A DNA stretch of 46,624 nt, taken from positions 1-46,624 of the IMG/VR virus record IMGVR_UViG_3300010371_000014. The stretch is one strand, 5' to 3'. The notes under the pieces are model-generated. The model saw only the letters and a program-made list of their open reading frames with translations. It was not told the origin of the DNA and ran no database searches. Origin of the DNA: a virus. The position numbers were made by a program, and so were the translations under genes. Of the stretch, positions 41,101 to 46,624 are shown in pieces; positions within the stretch are counted from its first letter, which is position 1, and the number at the start of each line of letters is the position of its first letter.

Positions 41101-44100
41101 GATCGGTAGCCTCGGCACTCGAAAACTATTTCATAGAGTCGTTTGACGAATCTGAGTACCGTGACATGGCGATGGATGAAGTCGGGATGCCAACCGAGGA
41201 AGGTGAAGGACAGTACGAGAACTATACGATGCCAGGTGGTACGAACTACCGTGAGCAGCTCTTCACGCTGCCGAACATCGGTGGGCGGGGCTTCGCCGAA
41301 GGACATTTCCAAGAACCCAACGTCTTCGCGCATCTGCGGATGAAAGATCGGCTGGATGCCGAGGGACGGAAGATGCTCTTTGCTGAAGAGGTGCAAAGCG
41401 ACTGGCATCAGCAGGGACGTGATCGGGGCTACGATGAAGAAACACCGAAGCAGAAAGAAGAGCGTGATGCAAAGCGTGAGGATCTCCGCCAACAGCGCGA
41501 ACACATCATTGACCAGAAACAGGCTATCACGAACTCAGCTGAGTTCGAACGCCTGACTTCAACAGGTGATCTTTCGTCGATTGAGGAAGAAGATCTCGCA
41601 GTCATGACGAAGAAGATCGAAGCCTTGAACGCTCAGCACAACGAGGTCAACAACCAGCTGAATCGTCTGTCCGATAACTATGGTCGGAAAGTACCAGAAG
41701 CGCCATTCAAGAAGAACTGGCATGAGTTCGTGATGAAGCGGATGCTGCAGTACGCCGTGCAGCATGGCTACGACGCGATTGGCTGGACGAAGGGCGACAC
41801 GCAGAACGATCGGTACTCGCTGGAGAAGACAATCAAGGCAATAAGTGTTCATCACGATTTTGAAGGCAAGTTTGCCATCGAAGCTATGCAGCACGGACAT
41901 GTGTATGATCAGCACATCGGTTCGTACACAGCCGAAGAACTGCCCGGCGTCGTTGGAAAAGAAATGGCGCAGAAGATCATCGACGATAGAGCACTCAAAG
42001 AAACCGGTGCTACAACTTTTCACGGGCTCGAGCTGAAGACCGGCGGCGAAGGGATGCGCGGCTTCTACGATAAGATCCTGCCCGACTACCTGAATAAGCT
42101 CGGCAAGAAATACGGAGCGAAGGTCGAAGAAACGACGACACCAGTTGCCGGATTCAACGAAGTCGACAACGAAGACGAAGCACGTCTCATGGAGCAGGAG
42201 TTCGGTCGCAAAGCGACACGCGAACCTGAGCGACGGGAACCGGTCCACGAGATGGTGATCACACCCGAGCTCCGGGCACAGGTCAAGAACATCGGCTTCG
42301 AGCTCTTTCAGGCGGCGCGCGGGCGCATCACGTTCGGCGACGGACAGCACTTCAACATCAGCTTGCTCGAAGGCGCGGATCGTTCCACTTTTATCCACGA
42401 AACGGGGCATCTCTACACGCAGGTCATGCAGGACTTGGCGAAGGAGACGCCCGCGATCGCACAGGACTACCAAGTCTTGCGTGATTGGGTCGGGGCGCAG
42501 GGTGATGCAGCGTTGAGTCGCGAGCAGCATGAGCAGATCGCACGCGGCTTTGAAGCGTACATCATGGAAGGCAAAGCACCGAGCACGGCGCTGCGCTCGG
42601 CATTCTTCCGCTTCAAGCAGTGGCTCACGCAGATCTACCACGAGCTCAGCGGGCTGGGCGTGCAGCTCACACCGGCGGTCCGCGGCGTTTTCGATCGGCT
42701 CATCGCGAGTGATCAGGAAATAGCCAAGGCCGAGCATGCAGCTGATGTCACACCGCTCTTCGGCGACAATCCGAAAGCGGTCGGCATGAATGACGAGGAC
42801 CAGGCGAAGTACGCCACGGCGGTCGCTGATGCGCATCAAGCGGCCGAGGAGCAGCTGAGCCAGCGCCTCATCAAGGACATGCGGCGCGAAGAGTCGCGGC
42901 AGTGGAAGCAGTGGAGCGGGCCGGTCCGTGAACAGGTGACAAAGGAGGTTGAGGCAAATCCGACCTATCAAGTCCTCGACTACTTGACGAAGGGCGTCAC
43001 ACCGCCCGATCGCGCAGTGCCCGCCGGATTGAAGCTGAGCAAGGCCGCACTCGTCGGTGCCTACGGCAAGGACATTCTCAACGGCCTCCCGCGTGACGCG
43101 ATCACGACGACGGGCGGTGTTCATCCTGATATCGTCGCTGAGCTCTTCGGCTTCCAGTCGGGCCGTGAGATGGTCGATGCCATGCGCGCCGCGCCAGACA
43201 AGGAGGCGCTCATCGCACAGCGCACCAATCAGCAGGTGCAGGCCGAGCACGGCGCACGGATGACGCCCGAGGAGGTCGAGCAGCAAGCGCAAGCCGCTGT
43301 CCGTGGCAACGACAAGCGCGTGCAACTCCTGCGGAAGGAACTCGACATCCTGGCACAGCAGCACATGCCGGCGGTCAAGGGGATGCTCAAGGCGCTGACC
43401 AAAACGGTGCCGCCTGAAGAGGTGATCGCAGAGCAAGCCGCGAAGACCGTTGGCGCACAGACCGTCGGTGACATTCGGCCGTACGACTACGACCTCGCCG
43501 CCAAGCGGAATGCCAAGGCCGCACGTGAAGCGTTCCTGGCGGGCGACGTTGATCAGGCGTTCCAACTGAAGCGGAAAGAGCTGCTGTCCACGGCGCTGTT
43601 CAATGAAGCGACCGCTGCCCGAGCTGAAGTTGAGAAGGCCATCGATGGCTTCACGAAAGTCTTCGGCCGTGACGATACATTGTCGAATCATCGTGACATG
43701 GACTTGGTCAATGCGGCACGCTCTGTCCTGGCACGGGTCGGCCTCGGCCACGCGGATGCACCGCCAGAGGCGCATCTTGAGCAGATGCAGAAGTACGACC
43801 CGGAAACGTATCATGCCGTGCAGGAGCTCCTCGGCGAGTTGCCCACCGCTGACGGTGACTACAAGAGCCTGCCGCTCGATACATTCCGACAAGTGAAGGC
43901 AACAGTCGACGCGCTCTGGTCGCTCTCGCGACGCACGCAGCAGTTTGAAGTCGCTGGCAAGATCATGGATCGCGAGTTCGTCCGTGGCCAGTTGATGGAA
44001 CGCGCGCTCGCCTTGCGCACACCCGAGCAGCTGGCGACGTTCAAGCGCACGCCCGGACAGTGGGATCGTACGAAGCTGCGACTGCTCGGCGGTGAAGCAG

Positions 44101-46124
44101 CCCTGCGGCGCATGGAGTCGTGGGCTGATGCCGCAGATAACCTTGATCCCAATGGCGTCTTCAAGAAGTATCTCTACCAGCCGATCAGCGATGGTGCCAC
44201 GCAGCTCCGCAAAGCGTATGCTAGCACCATGCGTGAGTACGCAGGGTTGGTCAAGACGTTGCACGGCGAAGATCTCCGGCAGAGCGTGCCAGCACCGGAG
44301 TTGACAGACAGTCGCACGAACCAGCCGTTTGAGTTCCGTAGTAAGAAGGAGCTGCTCGGCGCATTGTGGCACACCGGCAACGACAGCAATCTCCGCAAGC
44401 TGCTCCTTGGACGTGGCTGGGGAACGGTCGACGACGAAGGTGTGCTTGATCGGTCCAAGTGGGATGCGTTCGTGCATCGGGCGGAACAGCAGGGGATCAT
44501 TACTCAACAGGACTGGGAGTACGTGCACGGCGTGTGGCAAGTGTTCGAGACGCTGAAACCGGCCGCACAGCGGGCGCACAAAGAAATGTTCGGACACTAC
44601 TTCAACGAAATCACGGCACAGCCGTTCACCACGTCACTCGGCGAGCATCCTGGCGGATACGTCCCGGCGATCGTTGACCGCGCTGAAGTGCCTGAAGGGA
44701 TCGCCGTCAGGCCGGTCGAGGCACTTGACCACGGGTTCATGTTTCCGCAGCGTGCGACGACAGGGCGGAGCTTCACCTACGCGCGCAATGAAGCGTTTAC
44801 GAAGCCACTGATCATGAATCCTGATATGTTCGGTTCACACGTCGATGCTGTCCTGCGCTTCACGCATCTCGAGCCACGTGTGCGCGATGTGCAGCGCGTG
44901 ACACTGGATCGCGGTGTGCGGGCAGCGATCAGTGCCTTCGATCCCGTCGCGAACGAAATGATCCACTCCTTCTTGGATCGCTCGGCACGGCAGATCATTG
45001 AAACGCCAGGCAGCAATAAGTTCGCCGACGGGGTCTGGCGCTTCATGCGCAACAATGCGGCGACGCAAGTGCTGTCTGGCAACGTCGTCACGCCGATCCT
45101 CATGCTCTCGCACTTCTCCGGCGGCATGATCAAGTCGAGCCCAGGCGCCTTTGCCAAGGGGCTCTGGGCGTTCACGCGCAGCCCAAAGGAGTTCGTCGAC
45201 GATATCCACGACGTCTCGGATTTTATGGCGACACGCTCCAACGCGGGGATGATCGAGATCCAGAAGTCGATCGACAACGTGATGCTCACGCCAGGCAAGT
45301 TCAAACAGGCGGGTGACTGGCTGCGAGAGCACGGCACCTTCCTGATGCACGCCGTCCAGCATGTCTCTGACCACGTGACCTGGTCGAGCGTGTACGATAC
45401 GCGCACAGCCGATGGTGCTTCGCACGAGGAGGCGGTACGGGATGCCGATAGCGCCGTCCGGCTCACGCAGGGATCATTTAGTCCCGAAGATCTCTCAAAG
45501 TTCGAAGCCGGCACGCCAATGGTGCGTGCGATGAGCACGTTCTACAGCTTCTTCAATGCCAAGGCGAATCTGATGAAGACAGAGTTTCAAGGCACCGCGC
45601 GGTCGATGGGGCTGCAGGCTGGTGCCGGAAAGCTCTTCTACATCTACGCGCTCGGCTACATGATTCCGTCCGTCATGGCGGGGATCACGCGGCAAGCGGC
45701 GAGCGGCAACAAGTTCAAGCAGGACGATGAAAGCCTCGTGCATGCTGCATTGAAACTCTTCTTTGAAAGTCAACTGGAGATGGGCACGCGAGCAGTGCCA
45801 GGGGCACAAGTCGGACAGGCCGCGTACGACATGTTCGCCAAGAAGGGTGATAGCAGCGACGAGGTCGCCGCTGCACCAGTCATCAAGGAGATTGAAGCGA
45901 TGGTGCGCGTACCGCATGATGTCTATCAAGGCATCCACGATAAACTCACGGCGCGTGCTACGCGCGACATTCTCACGACGCTGGGACTCTTCACACGACT
46001 CCCGCTGACGACTGTCGGGAAGGCACTAGGTTACCACACGGATATCACAGTAGGACACGCACAACCGACGTCAGCGATGGATCAACTGCGGGGACTCTTA
46101 ACCGGCAACGCCGGAGGACGCTAA
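38193..46124 (+). CDS. Giant internal virion / ejected protein, 2643 aa (gp16-position), with Gly-rich membrane segments, an HExxH motif and polyvalent-protein-like central domains.
   Basis: One uninterrupted ORF with an ATGA overlap upstream. The hydrophobic Gly/Ala/Val stretches are GTGTGAALGSVVPVLGTAVGGFVGGVVGTFGGMLPV and VAGVTSLFAAFAGAASAAA. FIHETGHLY has its HETGH at 42396-42410 (aa 1402-1406). Central blocks include QSDWHQQGRDRGY, WHEFVMKRMLQYAVQHGYDAIGWTKGD and GMRGFYDKILPDYLNKLGKKYG. Confidence 0.8.
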   Translation: MTGPAVPLTAPPNYTELLGEQTPTAPKDDNPYLDVLKQQTQQSGQQIKQSVAVASQRGTPERWAKVLEMSQKTKLPTDVVDRNYDELTAADDRNSLDHNDIAHETPAVGQWLHDPDNATLGRREIPALQSIERGVRQLQPPDLTPAHQSGMLSALGASVNDTHATAWQLGAVFGLTDPATAAGQIAEANRRSKAIAANAPDYAKEFQAAMAQHAGDVNAAFRSFTDASAALRRRDILSALQQYGTGAVKTVGEALDMAGAAATRGRGLTYSLLQGLGSMLPVLEGTTIGTGTGAALGSVVPVLGTAVGGFVGGVVGTFGGMLPVSVGQAISDEFKKRGIDPTDEVALQKALSDPTLMASLRSTALKKGLTVAGVTSLFAAFAGAASAAARGAGTVTRAAAAATDVGVQAAGQGVAQLAGGKVAGEKADPGAALSTAISMLGFGVAEGALGAGRRGLFHADPVEAAEEVHKATDDALTSVKNAQVLQEVGKAIEEAPTTAAAPDRLKQLIETASGGKDASHVYFQDEAWDKYWTGQGASPAKAAADIMGDGGKAYDRAKATGAPLAIPMGDYMAKVGPDPEHWAGLLQDARTVIDGPSLKEAQEHLEALPATMSALAKEAQGVTEEPAGEPLTIKQQVAEQLQGAGMSAMEAKPNAQILESVFKTLGERAGIDPNELYKRYGLTVDRGEQSVEGQGLEQRGHQPRLVSDDLHRLAIHLEELSRTAEEEPKASQEALEDAATLRDMARLVEGGASREDINKEMGKRGIDIDHPLSDLLKDPEKGAPIFVKWMRGADILGAQRSTFNQGGPAIPLPEGMYSKAERVINEKMGGKAKPSEIRKMLTNAGIKADELEWTGLRSFLDERLPDEAESKEAVLQHLQAHRLDVLEVQNDAKGGATFDEHAVQEYMDERMQEDARAMAEEVMEGARLRPHLQIVEGENGLWEIQGPKGENLYYGGKNEPIPDLDNNTYGSVASALENYFIESFDESEYRDMAMDEVGMPTEEGEGQYENYTMPGGTNYREQLFTLPNIGGRGFAEGHFQEPNVFAHLRMKDRLDAEGRKMLFAEEVQSDWHQQGRDRGYDEETPKQKEERDAKREDLRQQREHIIDQKQAITNSAEFERLTSTGDLSSIEEEDLAVMTKKIEALNAQHNEVNNQLNRLSDNYGRKVPEAPFKKNWHEFVMKRMLQYAVQHGYDAIGWTKGDTQNDRYSLEKTIKAISVHHDFEGKFAIEAMQHGHVYDQHIGSYTAEELPGVVGKEMAQKIIDDRALKETGATTFHGLELKTGGEGMRGFYDKILPDYLNKLGKKYGAKVEETTTPVAGFNEVDNEDEARLMEQEFGRKATREPERREPVHEMVITPELRAQVKNIGFELFQAARGRITFGDGQHFNISLLEGADRSTFIHETGHLYTQVMQDLAKETPAIAQDYQVLRDWVGAQGDAALSREQHEQIARGFEAYIMEGKAPSTALRSAFFRFKQWLTQIYHELSGLGVQLTPAVRGVFDRLIASDQEIAKAEHAADVTPLFGDNPKAVGMNDEDQAKYATAVADAHQAAEEQLSQRLIKDMRREESRQWKQWSGPVREQVTKEVEANPTYQVLDYLTKGVTPPDRAVPAGLKLSKAALVGAYGKDILNGLPRDAITTTGGVHPDIVAELFGFQSGREMVDAMRAAPDKEALIAQRTNQQVQAEHGARMTPEEVEQQAQAAVRGNDKRVQLLRKELDILAQQHMPAVKGMLKALTKTVPPEEVIAEQAAKTVGAQTVGDIRPYDYDLAAKRNAKAAREAFLAGDVDQAFQLKRKELLSTALFNEATAARAEVEKAIDGFTKVFGRDDTLSNHRDMDLVNAARSVLARVGLGHADAPPEAHLEQMQKYDPETYHAVQELLGELPTADGDYKSLPLDTFRQVKATVDALWSLSRRTQQFEVAGKIMDREFVRGQLMERALALRTPEQLATFKRTPGQWDRTKLRLLGGEAALRRMESWADAADNLDPNGVFKKYLYQPISDGATQLRKAYASTMREYAGLVKTLHGEDLRQSVPAPELTDSRTNQPFEFRSKKELLGALWHTGNDSNLRKLLLGRGWGTVDDEGVLDRSKWDAFVHRAEQQGIITQQDWEYVHGVWQVFETLKPAAQRAHKEMFGHYFNEITAQPFTTSLGEHPGGYVPAIVDRAEVPEGIAVRPVEALDHGFMFPQRATTGRSFTYARNEAFTKPLIMNPDMFGSHVDAVLRFTHLEPRVRDVQRVTLDRGVRAAISAFDPVANEMIHSFLDRSARQIIETPGSNKFADGVWRFMRNNAATQVLSGNVVTPILMLSHFSGGMIKSSPGAFAKGLWAFTRSPKEFVDDIHDVSDFMATRSNAGMIEIQKSIDNVMLTPGKFKQAGDWLREHGTFLMHAVQHVSDHVTWSSVYDTRTADGASHEEAVRDADSAVRLTQGSFSPEDLSKFEAGTPMVRAMSTFYSFFNAKANLMKTEFQGTARSMGLQAGAGKLFYIYALGYMIPSVMAGITRQAASGNKFKQDDESLVHAALKLFFESQLEMGTRAVPGAQVGQAAYDMFAKKGDSSDEVAAAPVIKEIEAMVRVPHDVYQGIHDKLTARATRDILTTLGLFTRLPLTTVGKALGYHTDITVGHAQPTSAMDQLRGLLTGNAGGR

Positions 46125-46125
46125 C

Positions 46126-46624
46126 ATGACGGTGCTTTCCACCAACATCCGGAGTTCGTACGTCGGCCCAGGTGCAGGGCCATTCGCTTTCAGTTTTCGG
46201 CTCATCGCCGGCACTGACCTCGAGGTCACGCTCTTCCAGGCGGCGACGGGAGCCGTGATCCGACTCAACTGGATCACAGATTTCACCTTTGCTGCGAATA
46301 GCATCGGCAATCGGCTGGGTGGGAGCATCACGCTCAACACGGCGCTGGCGGCAGGCGACAAGATCGTGCTGCGTCGCGCACCTGCTACGTTGCAGTTGAC
46401 CGACGTGGCAAATCAGGGCGAGCAGTATCCGAGCACGCTGGAAGCGGCGTTCGACTACGCCATGATGGTGAATCAGCGACAGGACGATGATCTTGGACGG
46501 TCGTTGCAAGTACCTGTCTCAGCTGATCCCAGCCTCTTCGAAAGTATCATCAGTTCGTTCTTGCCGAACTATTATCTGCGCGTGCGTAGCGATGGACTCG
46601 GGGTCGAAGGTGTCACGAACGTCA
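46126..46624 (+). CDS. Tailspike N-terminal part (T7 gp17-like tail-attachment domain). It continues at position 3 of the window.
   Basis: The ATG at 46126 lies 1 nt after the giant gene's TAA. There is no stop before the window end, and the frame matches 3..1370 through the repeat. YVGPGAGPFAFSF...KIVLRRAPATLQLTD...LEAAFDYAMMVNQRQDDDLGRSL fits the N-terminal adaptor domain of podovirus fibres and spikes. Confidence 0.75.
   Translation, partial: MTVLSTNIRSSYVGPGAGPFAFSFRLIAGTDLEVTLFQAATGAVIRLNWITDFTFAANSIGNRLGGSITLNTALAAGDKIVLRRAPATLQLTDVANQGEQYPSTLEAAFDYAMMVNQRQDDDLGRSLQVPVSADPSLFESIISSFLPNYYLRVRSDGLGVEGVTNV
46502..46624. repeat. Right copy of the exact 123-bp terminal direct repeat (identical to 1-123).
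   Basis: See the left copy. Identity runs to the last base of the window. Confidence 0.95.

Noticed and set aside
41559-44597. A 1012-aa ORF on the minus strand inside the giant gene.
   Set aside because: It is fully antisense to a strongly supported 2643-aa plus-strand ORF. Its composition is Arg/Leu/His-rich with no motifs, it has no Shine-Dalgarno sequence and there is no neighbouring minus-strand gene. This is the typical open antisense frame seen in high-GC coding DNA.
1-46624. tRNA genes, CRISPR arrays, integrase/repressor lysogeny module, transposases.
   Set aside because: I found no T-loop-like GGTTCGAAT-type sequences in non-coding DNA and no spaced repeat arrays. No tyrosine or serine recombinase, CI/Cro-like pair or transposase motifs appear in any ORF. 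The genome looks strictly lytic, although absence judged by eye is not proof.

Overview
This window is a complete tailed-phage genome, not a chromosomal segment. Bases 1-123 recur exactly at 46502-46624, so the unit length is 46,501 bp (circular assembly or terminal redundancy), and the tailspike gene runs in frame across that junction. GC is about 60% by eye.

Layout:
- Leftward arm (minus strand, 2974-21894): about 36 genes chained by ATGA or 1-nt start/stop overlaps. It carries roughly 14 small early ORFs of unknown function, then dCMP deaminase, SNF2 helicase, Cas4-like exonuclease, a DUF2829/Tad2-like protein, a Sak4-like ATPase, an SSB-like protein, primase-helicase, a nucleotide-modification cassette, family-A DNA polymerase and a RuvC-like nuclease.
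- Rightward arm (plus strand, 22475 through the end, wrapping to 3035): packaging, head, podovirus-type tail and ejected core proteins, tailspike and a lysis cassette.
- The arms diverge from a 580-bp non-coding region (21895-22474) and converge at a hairpin near 3063-3097.
- I saw no integrase, repressor, phage RNA polymerase, tRNA, CRISPR array or reverse transcriptase.

Most interesting observations:
1. A T4-like cytosine-replacement cassette: dNMP kinase, dCTPase/dUTPase-like pyrophosphatase and a ThyA-fold enzyme with Asp at the base-specifying position, with a seemingly redundant, motif-divergent C5-methyltransferase embedded in it.
2. A terminase large subunit interrupted by one in-frame TAG.
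3. A 2643-aa ejected-core protein carrying an HExxH motif and a roughly 1.8-kb low-GC insert.
4. A Tad2-like candidate anti-defence gene.
5. Three proteins that end in a polyacidic block followed by a lysine-rich tail, including an SSB-like protein with an 87-residue D/E tract.
6. An early lipoprotein gene hidden in an alternative frame.

All family assignments rest on motif recognition by eye and on recalled family sequences. No database search was run.
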